A DNA stretch of 64,000 nucleotides from Phyllobates terribilis (GCF_046119375.1 NW_027362762.1:694090001-694154000), one strand, 5' to 3'; shown: positions 30,140-43,339, counted from the stretch's first letter. The notes: a model not told the origin generated them from the sequence alone. Program-made: numbers and translations.

Positions 30140-33100
30140 CTAGGGTTAGGGTTGTGCTAGGGTTAGGGTTGTGCTAGGGTTAGGGCTAGGGTTGTGCTAG
30201 CGTTAGGCTTGTGCTAGGGTTAGAGTTGTGCTAGTGTTAGGGTTGTGTTAGGGTTAGGGTTGTTTTAGGGTTAGGGTTATGCTAGGGTTAGGGTTATGCT
30301 AGGGTTAGGGTTGTGCTAGGGTTAGGGTTGTGCTAGGGTTAGGGTTGTGCTAGCATTAGGGTTGTCCTAGGGTTAGGGTTGTGCTAGGGTTAGGGTTGTG
30401 TTAGGGTTAGGGTTGTGTTAGGGTTAGGGTTATGCTAGGGTTGTGCTAGGATTAGAGTTGTGCTAGGGTTAGGGTTGTGCTAGGGTTAGGGTTGTGCTAG
30501 GGTTAGTGTTGTGCTAGGGTTAGGGTTGTGTTAGGGTTCGGGTTGCGCTAGGGTCAGGGTTGTGCTAGGGTCAGGGTTGTGCTAGGGTCAGGGTTGTGCT
30601 AGGGTTAGGGTTGTGTTAGGGTTGTGCTAGGTTTAGGGTTAGGGTTGTGATAGGGTCAGGGTTGTGCTAGGGTTGTGCTAGGGTTAGAGTTGTGCTAGCA
30701 TTAGGGTTGTGCTAGGGTTAGGGTTGTGTTAGGCATAGGGTTATGCTAGGTTTAGAGTTGTGCTAGGGTTAGGGTTGCGCTAGGATTATGGTTTTTTCTG
30801 GGTTAGGGTTGTGCTAGGGTTAGGGTTGTGCTAGGGTTAGGGATATGTTAGGGTTAGGGTTGTGCTAGGGTTAGGGTTGTGCTAGAGTTAGGGTTTTTTC
30901 TGGGTTAGGGTTGTGCTAGGGTTATGGTTGTGCTAGGGTTATGGTTGTGCTAGGGTTAGGGTTAGGGTTACAGTTTTGCTAGGGTTAGGGTTGTGCTAGC
31001 ATTGGGGTTGTGCTAGGGTTATGTTTGTGCTAGGGTTAAGCTAGGGTTAGGGTTGTGCTAGGGTTAGGGTTGTGCTAGGATTTTGCTAGGGTTAGGGTTG
31101 TGCTGGGGTTAGGGTTGTGCTAGAGTTAGGGTTGTGCTAGGTTTGTGCTAGGGTTAGGGTTGTGCTAGGATTGTGCTAGTATTACGGTTGTGCTGGGGTT
31201 AGGGTTGTGCTAGAGTTAGGGTTGTGCTAGGGTTAGGGTTGTGGTAGGTTTGTCCTAGGGTTAGGGTTGTGCTAGGGTTAGGGTTGTGCTAGGGTCAGGG
31301 TTGTGCTAGGGTTAGGGTTGTGTTAGAGTTGTGCTAGGTTTAGGGTTGTGCTAGGTTCAGGGTTGTGCTAGGGTTGTGCTAGGGTTAGAGTTGTGCTAGG
31401 GTTAGGGTTGTGCTAGGGTTAGGGCTAGGGTTGTGCTAGCGTTAGGCTTGTGCTAGGGTTAGGGTTAGAGTTGTGCTAGTGTTAGGGTTGTGTTATGGTT
31501 AGGGTTGTTTTAGGGTTAGGGTTATGCTAGGGTTAGGGTTGTGCTAGGGTTTGGGTTGTGCTAGGGTTAGGGTTGTGCTAGCATTAGGGTTGTGCTAGGG
31601 TTAGGGTTGTGCTAGGGTTAGGGTTGTGTTATCGTTAGGGTTGTGTTAGGGTTAGGGTTATGCTAGGGTTGTGCTAGGATTAGAGCTGTGCTAGGGTTAG
31701 GGTTGTGCTAGGGTTAGGGTTGGGTTAGGGTTAGGGTTGTGTTAGGGTTAGGGTTATGCTAGGGTTGTGCTAGGATTAGAGCTGTGCTAGGGTTAGGGTT
31801 GTGCTAGGGTTAGGGTTGTGTTAGGGTTGTGTTAGGGTTAGGGTTGTGCTAGGGTTAGGGTTATGCTAGGGTCAGGGTTGTGCTAGGGTCAGGGTTGTGC
31901 TAGGTTTAGGGTTAGGGTTGTGCTAGGGTCAGGGTTGTGCTAGGGTTTTGCTAGGGTTAGAGTTGTGCTAGCATTAGGGTTGTGCTAGAGTTAGGGTTAT
32001 GCTAGGGTTGTGCTAAGATTAGAGTTGTGCTAGGGTTAGGGTTGTGCTAGGGTTAGGGTTGTGCTAGGGTTAGGGTTGTGTTAGGGTTAGGGTTGTGCTA
32101 GGGTTAGGGTTATGCTAGGGTCAGGGTTGTGCTAGGGTCAGAGTTGTGCTAGGTTTAGGGTTAGGGTTGTGCTAGGGTCAGGGTGGTGCTAGGGTCAGGG
32201 TTGTGCTAGGGTTGTGCTAGGGTTAAAGTTGTGCTAGCATTAGGGTTGTGCTAGGGTTAGGGTTGTGCTAGGGTTAGGGTTGTGTTAGGCATAGGGTTAT
32301 GCTAGGGTTAGAGTTGTGCTAGGGTTAGGGTTGCGCTAGGGTTAGGGTTTTTTCTGGGTTAGGGTTGTGCTAGGGTTAGGGTTGTGCTAGGGTTACGGTT
32401 GTGCTAGGGTTAGTGTTGTGCTAGGGTTAGGGTTACGTTTTTTCTAGGGTTAGGGTTGTGCTAGCATTAGGATTGTGCTAGGGTTATGGTTGTGCTAGGG
32501 TTAAGCTAGGGTTAGGGTTGTGCTAGGTTAGAGTTGTGCTAGGATTTTGCTAGGGTTAGGGTTGTGCTGGGGTTAGGGTTGTGCTAGAGTTAGGGTTAGG
32601 GTTGTGTTAGGCATAGGGTTATGCTAGGGTTAGAGTTGTGCTAGGGTTAGGGTTGCGCTAGGGTTAGGGTTTTTTCTGGGTTAGGGTTGTGCTAGGGTTA
32701 GGGTTGTGCTAGGGTTAGGGTTACGTTTTTTCTAGGGTTAGGGTTGTGCTAGCATTAGGATTGTGCTAGGGTTATGGTTGTGCTAGGGTTAAGCTAGGGT
32801 TAGGGTTGTGCTAGGTTAGAGTCGTGCTAGGATTGTGCTAGTGTTAGGGTTGTGCTGGGGTTAGGGTTGTGCTAGGTTTGTCCTAGGGTTAGGGCTGTGC
32901 TAGGGTTAGGGTTGTGCTAGGGTTAGGGTTGTGCTAGGGTCAGGGTTGTGCTAGGGTTAGGGTTGTGCTAGGGTCAGGGTTGTGCTAGGGTTAGGGTTGT
33001 GTTAGGGTTGTGCTAGGTTTAGGGTTAGGGTTGTGCTAGGGTCAGGGTTGTGCTAGGGTTGTGCTAGGGTTAGAGTTGTGCTAGCATTAGGGTTGAGCTA

Positions 33101-34428
33101 GGGTTAGTGTTGTGTTGGGCATAGGGTTATTCTAGGGTTAGAGTTGTGCTAGGGTTAGGGTTGTGCTAGGGTTAGGGTTTTTTCTGGGTTAGGGTTGTGC
33201 TAGGGTTAGGGATATGTTAGTGTTGTGCTAGGGTTAGGGTTGTGCTAGAGTTAGGGTTACGGTTGTGCTAGAGTTAGGGTTGTGCTAGCATTTGGGTTAT
33301 GCTCGGATTATGGTTGTGCTAGGTTAGGGTTGTGCTAGGATTTTGCTAGGGTTAGGGTCGTGCTAGGATTGTGCTAGTGTTAGGGTTGTGCTGGGGTTAG
33401 GGTTGTGCTAGGTTTGTCCTAGGGTCAGGGTTGTGCTAGGGTTAGGGTTGTGCTAGGGTTAGGGTTGTGTTAGGATTGTGCTAGGTTTAGGGTTAGGGTT
33501 GTGCTAGGGTCAGGGTTGTGCAAGGGTTGTGCTAGGGTTAGAGTTGTGCTAGCATTAGGGTTGAGCTAGGGTTAGTGTTGTGTTGGGCATAGGGTTATTC
33601 TAGGGTTAGAGTTGTGCTAGGGTTAGGGTTGTGCTAGGGTTAGGGTTTTTTCTGGGTTAGGGTTGTGCTAGGGTTAGGGTTGTGCTAGGGTTAGGGATAT
33701 GTTAGGGTTAGGGTTGTGCTAGGGTTAGGGTTAGGGTTGTGCTAGAGTTAGGGTTACGGTTGTGCTAGAGTTAGGGTTGTGCTAGCATTTGGGTTATGCT
33801 AGGATTAGGGTTGTGCTAGGGTTAGGGTTGTGCTAGGGTTAGGGATACGTTAGGGTTTGGGTTGTGCTAGGGTTAGGGTTATGGTTGTGCTAGGGTTAGG
33901 GTTGTGCTAGGGTTAGGGTTGTGCTAGCATTAGGGTTTTGCCAGGGTTAGGATTAGGGTTGTGCTAGGCTTAGGGTTTTGTTAGGGTTAGGGTTGTGTTA
34001 GGGTTTGAGTTGTGCTATCATTAGGTTTGTGTTAGGGTTACGGTTAGGGTTGTGCTAGGGTTAGGGTTGTGCTAGGGTAAGGGTTAGGGTTGTGCTAGGG
34101 TTAGGTTTAGAGTTGTGCTGGTGTTAGGGTTGTGCTAGGGTTAGGTTTAGAGTTGTGCTGGTGTTAGGGTTGTGCTAGAGTTAGGGTTGTGCTAGGATTA
34201 GGGTTGTGTTAGGGTTGTGCTAGGTTTAGGGTTGTGCTAGGGTCAGGGTTGTGCTAGGGTTGTGCTAGGGTTAGAGTTGTGCTAGCATTAGGGTTGTGCT
34301 ATGGTTAGGGTTGTGCTAGAGTTAGGGTTGTGTTAGGCATAGGGTTATGCTAGGGTTAGAGTTGTGCTAGGGTTAGGGTTGTGCTAGGGTTAGGGTTTTT
34401 TCTGGGTTAGGGTTGTGCTAGGGTTAGG
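30140..34428 (+). repeat. Telomere-variant minisatellite (GGGTTAGGGTTGTGCTA)n, ~4.3 kb
   Basis: Mosaic of TTAGGG hexamers and TTGTGCTAGGG 11-mers with recurring variant units; G-rich on the + strand. Confidence 0.97.
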
Positions 34429-34449
34429 TAATGATAATGATATGGCTGG

Positions 34450-34535
34450 TAGTGTCGAGCGCAAGTGTTTGTTACTTGAGTTTGCATTGGGTGCTCGGGT
34501 ATGCACTAAGTATCGCGGGTGCTCAAGTGGCATGC
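34450..34535 (+). mobile_element. Truncated left end of a hAT element
   Basis: TAGTGTCGAGCG resembles TIR TAGTGTTGAGCG, followed by CTCGG/CTCAAG subterminal motifs. Confidence 0.55.
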
Positions 34536-36824
34536 TAATGACTAATGACAACTTATTTGATATAATGACCTAATGTTATCAAATTCTGCGTCGTACCTCT
34601 GGGTTCTAAATATTCACTATACCGCTTGATAAAATCCTTGAGGGGTATAGTTTCCAAAATGGGGTCACTTGTGTTTCCACTATTTAGGCGCATCAGGGGC
34701 TCTCCAAACACGACATGGCGTCTGCTCTTGATTCCAGCCAATTTTGCCTTCAAAAAGTCACACAGTGCTCTTTCCCTTCCGAACCCTGCCGTGTGACCAA
34801 ACAGTGTATTGTCCCCACATATGGAGTATCGGCGTACTCAGGAGAAATAGCACAACAGTTTTTGGGGTCCATTTTCTCCTCTTACCCTTGTGAGAATAAA
34901 AAATTTGGGGCTAAAAGATTATTTTTGTGGAATAAGTTTGATTTTTTTATTTTCACGGCTCCATGTTATAAACTTCTGTGAAGCACCTGGGGGTTGAGGG
35001 TGCTCACCACACATCTAGATAAGTTCCCTGAGGGGTCTAGATTCCATAATGGTGTCACTTGTGGGGGGTTTCCACTGTTTAGGCACATCAGGGGCTCCCC
35101 AAACGCAACATGGCGTCCAGTAATTATTCAAACAAATATTACAATCCAAAAGTCAAATGGTACTCCTTCCGAACCCTGCCGTGTGCCCAAACAGTGGTTT
35201 TCCCCCACATATGGGGTATCAGCATGCTCAGGAGGAATTGCAAAATTAATTTTAGGGTTCAATTTTTCTGATACCCTTGCGAAAATAAAAAAATTGGGGT
35301 CTAAAGTAACATCTTTGCGAAAAAAGTTAAATGTTCATTTTTTACTTCCACATTCCAAAAATTTCTGGGAAGCACCTGAAGGGTTAATAAACTTCTTAAA
35401 TGTGGTTTTGAGCACCTTGAGGGGTGCAATTTTTAGAATGGTGTCACTTTTGGGTATTTTCTGTCATAAAGGCCGCTCAAAGTCACTTCAAATGTGAAAT
35501 GGTCCCTAAAAAATGGTTTTGTAAATTTTGTTGTAAAAATGAGAAATCGCTGGTCAACTTTTAACCCTTATAACTTCCTTAAAAAAAAAATTTTGGTTCC
35601 AAAATTGTGCTGATGTAAAGTATACATGTATGTGGGAAATGTTATTTATTAACTATTTTGTGTGACATATCTCTCCAATTTAAGGGCATGAAAAGTCAAA
35701 GTTTAAAAATTGCGAAATTTTCAAAATTTTCGCCAAATTTCAGATTTTTTTCACAAATAAATGCAAGTCATATTGAAGAAATTTTAGCACTATCATGAAG
35801 TACTATATGTCACGAAAAAACATTCTCAGAATCAGTGAGATCTGTTGATGCGTTCCAGAGTTATTACCTCATAAAGTGACAGTGGTCAGAATAGTAAAAA
35901 TTGGCCTGGTCATTAACGTGCAAACCACACTCGAGGGTAAATGGGTTAAACATCTGGCTACTGCAGGTGATTGTCAGGTCTATCCCATAGCGAGACCTAT
36001 GAAACAGCTCTGGCAGCCCTGGGAAGAGTCGGCTAGAGGTGTGGCCAGACTAGGCTTTTCCTCAGCCAGATCTTTAAGGCATATTTTCTCTAAAACACTA
36101 CAGCATTTCATATAAAAATGTACTTATGTGCAATCATGCAGCCAGGTTCTGATTCATGCTGCCAGCAAATTGAGTAGCATGACTCAGGTGACAGATTACA
36201 CTTTGAGGCTGTTATAATTTACACCGCCCCCCACCCTTACAAAATACATATATTTTTTTCCTATTGACATAACCCTTTAAAAGATTGATTTTTGCAGCAT
36301 GATTTGGAGGTTTGTATGACACCATTTATTTACTTTACTATATAATGTATTGAAAACGGAAAAAAGATTACGGGATGAAACATGTACATATATGAATATA
36401 TGCACATATAAATATATACATATACAGTGGGTACGGAAAGTATTCAGACCCCTTTAAATTTTTCATTCTTTGCTTCATTGTAGCCATTTGGTAAATTCTA
36501 AAAAGTTCTTTTTTTTCTCATTAAAGTACACTCTGCATCCCATCTTGACTGAAAAAATACCAGAAATGTAGAAATGTTTGCAAATTTATTAAAAAAAAAA
36601 ACCCTAAAATATCACATGGTTATAAGTATTCAAACCCTTTGCTCAGACACTCATATTTAAGTCACATACTGTCCATTTCCTTGTGATCCTCCTCGAGATG
36701 GTTCTACTCCTTCATTGGAGTCCAGCTGTGTTTAATTAAACTCATAGGACTTGATTTGGAAAGGCACACACCTCTATGTATAAGACCTCACAGCTCACAG
36801 TGCATGTCAGGCCAAATGAGAATC

Positions 36825-37834
36825 ATGAGCTCAAAGGTACTGCCCAAAGAGCTCAGAGACAGAGTTGTGGCAAGGCACAGATCTGGCCAAGGTTATAAAA
36901 GAATTTCTGCATTACTCAAGGTTCCTAAGAGCACTGTGGCCTCCATAATCCTTAAACGGAAGAAGTTTGGGACCACCAGAAGTCTTCCTAGACCTGGCCA
37001 TCCTGGCAAACTGAGCAATCGTGGGAGAAGAGCCTTGGTGAGAGAGGTAAAGAAGAACCCCAAGATCACTGTGGCTGAGCTCCAGAGATAAAGTAAGGAG
37101 ATGGGAGAAAGTTCCACAAAGTCAACTATCACTACAGCCCTCCACCAGCCAGGCCTTTATGGCAGAGTAGCCCGACCCTCAGTGCAAGACATATGAAAGA
37201 CCGCATAGAGTTTGCTCAAAAGCACATGAAGGACTCCCAGACTATGAGAAATAAGATTCTCTGGTCTGATGAGATGAAGATAGAACTTTTTGGTGATAAT
37301 TCTAAGCGGTATGTTTGAAGAAAACCAGGCACTGCTCATCACCTGCCCAATACAATCCCAACAGTGAAACATGATGGTGGCAGCATCATGCTATGGGGGT
37401 GTTTTTCAGCTGCAGGGACAGGACGATTGGTTTCAATTGAAGGAAACATGAATACAGCCAAGTACAGAGATATCCTGGATGAAAACCTCTTCCAGAGTGC
37501 TCTGTACCTCAGACTTGGCCGAAGGTTAACCTTCCAACAAGAAAATGACCCTAAGCACACAGCTAAAATAACAAAGGAGTGGCTTCAGAACAACTCTGTG
37601 ACCACTCTTGAGTGGCCCAGCCAGAGCCCTGACCTAAAGCCAATTGAGCATCTCTGGAGAGACCTGAAAATGGCTGTCCACCAAAGTTCACCATGCAACC
37701 TGATGGAACTGGAGAGGATCTGCAAGGAAGAATGGCAGAGGATCCCCAAATCCAGGTGTGAAAAACTTGTTGCATTATTCCCAAGAAGACTCATGGCTGT
37801 ACTAGCTCAAAAGGTTGCTTCTACCCAATACTGA
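36825..37834 (+). pseudogene. Tc1 family A transposase, disrupted
   Basis: MSSKVLPKELRDRVVARHRSGQGYKRIS…; WSDEMK; FQQENDPKH (second catalytic D changed to E); SPDLKPIEHLW; internal stop and frameshifts. Confidence 0.9.
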
Positions 37835-37999
37835 GCAAAGAGTCTGAATAATTATGACCATTAGTGTTGAGCGAGCATGCTCGATACTGCTCGGTACTCG
37901 CCCGAGCATCACGCTACTCGGGATGTTTGGCGAGCTCCGAGCATTTCCGGGTTACTCGGGCAGGAGCTCGGGTCTCCGCCCTGCATGTTTGGCGCTCTT

Positions 38000-38135
38000 T
38001 ACAGAGCCAATGAACATGCAGGGATTGCCAGCCAGTCACTGTAAGGCCGCAGCCATGTTGTTTGTGGGCATTACAGTGATTGGCTGGCCGCAAGGCGTCA
38101 CCTCGAGTATTTAAAACCGGGCGCCGCCATTTTGG
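38000..38135 (+). promoter_or_regulatory. Candidate hAT transposase promoter
   Basis: CCAAT (38007), ATTGG (38079), TATTTAAA (38108) and GCCGCCATTTT (YY1-like, ~38123) are clustered. Motif inference only. Confidence 0.4.
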
Positions 38136-38519
38136 ACACAGTCGCTCCGGATCAGACAGTGTAGGGACAGCGCTGCTGATTTAGGGAGAGATATATCCTG
38201 CGAAATAGTTAGTGTGGGGTCTGTGAAGGCTGCCAGATCAAACAAACAGTCCTTCTCAGGACTAATATCCATCCCAGATATCAGGCAGGCAGGCAGGCTG
38301 TATAGGAGATGCAGTGGTTATATCAGCAAATGCTGCATTACAGTCCTGTGTGCTCCTGTTGCTGAAATTGCTGGACTTAGCTCCAGGTCTCGGGGGCCAG
38401 GAAAAATCCTTTTTTTTTCATCTAAATCCTCTTTTTTTTTTCCTCCTTCACACTGTACAAATACCCGTCTTATTAACCTTTTGGTGTCCCCCCCCCAAAA
38501 AAAAAAAAAAAAAAAAGTG

Positions 38520-39760
38520 TGTCTGATTTTTCAGACACAAATATATCTGTTGAAAATAGTCTGGTGTAGGCCAGGGAAATAGAAGTGTGGTTTTGCAGTT
38601 CCATGGGCCATTTGTATCTAAAAAAAACAGTTTGAGTGTGTCGCTCACTGTTCAGCCGCAAATATATATATTTTAAAAAGTCTGGTATACACCAGTAAAT
38701 AATAAATGTGGTTTTGCTGTTCCACGGTAAAAAATCTCTATTATCCTGTTTTTGGCATTTTTTGCCGTAAAAAAAAAAAATAGTTTCTCCCTGATTTTTC
38801 AGACACAAATATATCTGTTGAAAATAGTCTGGTATAGGCCAGAGAGATAGAAGTGTGCTTTTGCTGTTCCACGGTAAAAAATCTCTATTATCCTGCTGTT
38901 GGCATTTTTTGCCGTAAAAAAAAAATAATAGTGTCTCCCTGATTTTTCAGACACAAATATATCTGTTGAAAATAGTCTGGTGTAGGCCCGAGAAATACAA
39001 GTATGGTTTTGCAGTTCCACGGTTCAAACCTTTGTATTATCCACTTTTGGGCCATTTGTATCTAAAAAAACAGTTTGAGTGTGTCGCTCACTGTTCAGCC
39101 GCTAATATATATATATTTAAAAAAGTCTGGTATACACCAGTAAATTATAACTGTGGTTTTGCTGTTCCAGGGAAAAAAATCTCTATTATCCTGCTTTTGA
39201 CATTTTTTGCCGTAAAAATTAAATAGTGTCTCCTGATTGTTCAGACACAAATATATCTGTTGAAAATAGTCTGGTGTAGGCCCGAGAAATACAAGTGTGG
39301 TTTTGCAGTTCCACGGGTCAAATCTCTGTATTATCCTGCTTTTTTGCATTTTTTGACGTAAAGAAAAACAGTAGTGTCTCCTGATTGTTCAGACACAAAT
39401 ATATCTGTTGAATATAGTCTGGTGTAGGCCCGAGAAATACAAGTGTGGTTTTGCAGATCCACGGTTCAAACCTCTGTATTATCCACTTTTGGGCCATTTG
39501 TATTTAAAAAAAACAGCTTGAGTGTGTCGCTCACTGTTCAGCCGCAAATATATATATTTAAAAAAGTCTGGTATACATACACCAGTAAATTATAACTGTG
39601 GTTTTGCTGTTCCACGGTAAGAAATCTCTATTATTCAGCTTTTGGTATTTTTTCCGTAAAGAAAAACAGTAATAGTTTCTCCCTGATTGTTCAGATTGTT
39701 TAAAAGAGTCGGGTGTAGGCCAGAGAAATAGAACTGTGGTTTTCCTCTTCCACGGTTCTA
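38520..39760. repeat. ~147-bp monomers organised as a ~442-bp higher-order repeat in the hAT 5' region
   Basis: CAGACACAAATATATCTG at 38532, 38800, 38948, 39242, 39390; GGGCCATTTGTAT…CAGCCGC at ~38606, ~39050, ~39491. Confidence 0.88.
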
Positions 39761-39824
39761 ATCTACTTTTTATTACCCTTTTTCCATTGATAGTGCGAGT
39801 GTAAGCTATTTAACTTACTTTACA

Positions 39825-42800
39825 ATGGGCAAGGCGCGTGGCAAGGGACGTGAAAGTGGACGTTCTGGTGATGGTGCGTGCAGAGGACGAGGCCGTGGCC
39901 AAGGTGAAAATGTGCCACAACAAACAGCCACATCTTCTCGCTCCCATTTCTTGACCGAACTACTAGGGAAGCACAGAACAACACCAGTATTGCGAACTGA
40001 TCTGTGTGAACAGGTTATTAATTGGATAGCAGATAAAACTTCCAGTTACCTGGGCACCACCACCTCCGGCCTGTTTTCCACACGGTCGACTCTTAGAAGC
40101 CGTGAGTCTCGACCGCATACTCCTTCTCACCCTGATGCTCCTTCCTCCCACCATGCCGAGTGTCGTCAGACAGCAAGTGATCCCACACTTGGACACTCTG
40201 AAGAGCTGTTCACTGGTCCATTTCCAGATTTGTGCCCCTCGCCTGCTCCGCTTGAAGTGGTGGAAGAGGAGATCCCATCTAGCGATGCCCAAATATTTGA
40301 ACAGCGACGGCCACAGGAAGTCGACGCTGGCAATTTGTCACAAGAGGTGGACGATGACGAGACACAATTGCCAGGAAGTGAGGAGGAGGATCGTGGTGCG
40401 CAAGTGGAAGAGTAGGAGGTGGTGGATGATCTACTAACTGACCCAACGTGGCAGGAGGACATGCAGAGTGAGGCCAGCAGCACATAGGGGGAGGGAGGCA
40501 GAGTACCCCAAAAGGCAGGAAGAAGCAGTGTGGTGGCAGCAGACAGAAGGTGGGCAACCGTTCCCCGTAACACCAACACGAGGGACGTTGGCAGTACAAC
40601 TGGTAGGTCTTCCAGAGTCTGGAATTTTTTTAAAGACTCTGCTGATAACACCAAAAAGGCCATTTGTACCACCTGCCATGCCAGCATCAGCAAGGGTGAC
40701 AAAACTACCAGCCTGACCACCACCAGCATGATCAGGCACATGGCAGCAAAGCAACCGACTTTGTGGGCCGAACCCCAGGGTCCACGACCAGTGTCAGCGG
40801 GTGTCACCACTGCTTCTTCCACTGTTGTGTGTGCAATAGAACCCCCTGTTGTGTGTTCAAGGCAATCCCCTGTCCATACTGCATGCAAAGATGCCCCCTC
40901 CTCTCAGTCTTCACTTGTTATGGCAGTTTCTCAAGAAACAGCATCAACGTCCACGTCCACGTCCCACCGCAGCGTTCAATTGTCCATATCCCAGACCATT
41001 GAACGAAAGCGGAAATTCGCAGCTAACGCCCCACAGGCCACAGTCCTAAATTCGCACATTTCACGACTGCTTGCGTTGGAAATGCTGCCTTTTAGGCTGG
41101 TGGAGACGGAATCCTTCCGCAACCGTATGGTGGTGGCCGTCCCTCGGTACTCGGTCCCCAGCCGACACTATTTTGCCCGGTGTGCCATCCTCACACTACA
41201 CAAGCACGTGTCCCAAAACATCTGCCGTGCCCTCAACAACGCAGTTACTGGGAGACTCCACCTGACAACGGACACGTGAACAAGTGCTTGTGGCCAGGGA
41301 TGGTACATCTCCCTGATGGCACACTGGGTAAACATAGTGGAAGCTGGAACCCAGTCGGACCTTGGGACGAAACACATCCTCCCCACACCGAGGATTGCGG
41401 GCTCTATGTCAGTCAGAGTTGTCCCCACAGTGTACAGCTCCAGCGCATCCTCCTCCTCCTCCTCATGTTCAGCCTCCATCTCAGATATCACCACATCAGT
41501 TACAAGCTGTAAGCACTGCAGTACTGCCTCCGCCAAGCGGCAATTGGCTGTGCTGAAACTTTTAAGCTTAGGTGAGAAACCTCACACTGCTTGTGAGTTG
41601 TGGACAGCTGCGAAAGAGCAGGCAGATCTGTGGCTGAGACCGCTGAACCTACATCCAGGCATGGTGGTGTGTGACAATGGCCGTAACCTGGTGGCGGCTC
41701 TGAGGCGAGGCGTGATCACACACTTACCATGCCTGGCTCATGTGCTTAACCTCGTGGTTCAGCGCTTTCTTAAATCGTACCCCTAGTTGCCAGATCTGCT
41801 TGTCAGAGTACGCCGCCTGTCAGCTCATTTTCACAAGTCGGCTACAGCTTCCGCCGCCCTTGCTGTGTTGCAGCAGCGTTTGCAGCTTCCGTCACACCGA
41901 CTGGTGTGTGATGTCCCCACACGTTGGAACTCTACCCTCCACATGTTGCAAAGGATTTGTGAGCAGAAGAGAGCAGTTGTGGAGTACCAGCTGCAACAAG
42001 GCCGTCGATATTCAGGTCAGACTCCACACATAAGACCTCAGGAGTGGACCTGGATGTCTGACATCTGTACCATCTTGACAAACCTTGAGGAGTCCACCCA
42101 GATGGTGAGTGGCGATCATGCCATCATTAGCGTCAGCATTCCACTTGTCTGTCTTTTGCAACGCTTTCTGCAGAGAATTAAAGAGGAGGCATTGCAGCCA
42201 GAGTATGATGAGATGGATCAAGAAGCCGTAGCGGTCGATTACACACAGCCCAGCCTCATCTCATCACAACGTGCATTGGGGGACAATGAGGGAGAGGAGG
42301 AGGAGGAGGAGGAGGAAGAACAGGAGCTTGTATCATGCGCTGTAGACGGTAGTACCTGTACAACTGTCATAACCGTCGGTTCAGCGTGGGTGGCCTGAGG
42401 ACAGGGGGGAGGAGGAGGAGGAGAGCATGGTCAGTCGTCATCTTGGTGAGTACACGGAAGTCTTGCCCGTTACCAGTCTGGCACGCATGGCTGACTTTAT
42501 GTTGCGCTGCCTTAACCATGACCCTCGTGTTGTCAAAATGTTGGGTGACAGTCATTACTGGTTGGTGACACTTTTAGACCCCCACAACAAGGAGAACTTT
42601 CACTCTCTTATTCCTGAGGTGGAGAGGTCTACAAAAATGGGGCAGTACCAGAAGGCCCTTGCTGCAGAACTGTTAAAAAAGTTCCCATCTGAACACGCTA
42701 GCGGCAGAGGTCACAGTTCGTTGGCCAACCAAGGCGTACAAGTGAGAGAGAGGCAACTCCAATCCAGCAGAGGCAGGGGAACACTGTCAACATTCTGGGA

Positions 42801-43178
42801 CTGTTTTCTGAGACACGCCCAGCTTACAGGCCCTGAGGCGCGGGATACTCTCACAAGGAGTGGAAAGTTTCAAAAGATGGTGAGGGAGTACTTTGCCGAC
42901 CGTGCCAGCGTCCTCCGTGATTCCTCTGTGCCTTTTAATTGTTGGGTATCCAAGCTGGACACTTGGAATGAACTCGCTCTGTACTCCTTGGAGGTCCTGG
43001 CCTGCCCTGCCGCTAGCGTGTTATCGGAGCGTGTTTTAGTGCCGCTGGGGGAATTATAACTGATAAGCGCACTCGCCTGTCAACTGACAATGCTGACAAG
43101 CTGACCCTTATCAAAGTGAACAAGGGCTGGATTGGGCCAGACTTCTCATCACCACCAAATGACAGCAGAGTAACATAA
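39825..43178 (+). pseudogene. hAT (ZBED-like) transposase pseudogene, ~1100 codons
   Basis: RG-rich N-terminus; BED finger VWNFF…AICTTC…SMIRHMAAKQ; HLTTDT; VVCDNGRNL; CLAHVLNL; CDVPTRWNST; CPAASVLSERV. Stops at 40413, 41277 and 41784, plus frameshifts. Confidence 0.93.
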
Positions 43179-43339
43179 AGTCAAATCCACTGTGTTTTTT
43201 CGGGAAGTGTATTCACATGCACCGCTTCACACCCACACATGGGTATATGCTTCCTCATTTCGGCTGTTTTATGCTCTTCTCCTTATCCTCAGCCTCCATC
43301 ATTACTATACCACCAGGGTGACCGTGGTCCGTGTTGCCA

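Larger units (their letters stand above)
29022..35945 (+). mobile_element. Non-autonomous piggyBac-type element (copy 1) containing a CR1 fragment and telomere-like array
   Basis: TTAA|CCCCTT… and …ATGGG|TTAA (TSDs 29018-29021, 35946-35949). 34600-35945 is colinear with 57500-59621. No transposase ORF. Confidence 0.78.
28928..36202. mobile_element. Kolobok/T2-type MITE (28928-29017 + 35950-36202) split by a piggyBac-type element
   Basis: Left AAAGGAACCTGTCAC, right GTGACAGATTACACT; arms CAACCTGGTTGCATGATTG / CAATCATGCAGCCAGGTT are inverted. Confidence 0.7.

Noticed and set aside
30140-34428. True telomere or head-to-head chromosome fusion site
   Set aside because: Single orientation, dominated by a 17-mer variant, and flanked on both sides by transposon sequence.
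39825-43178. Domesticated ZBED-type host gene
   Set aside because: Multiple stops and frameshifts, with TIRs and TSD intact: a decayed transposon, not a domesticated gene.
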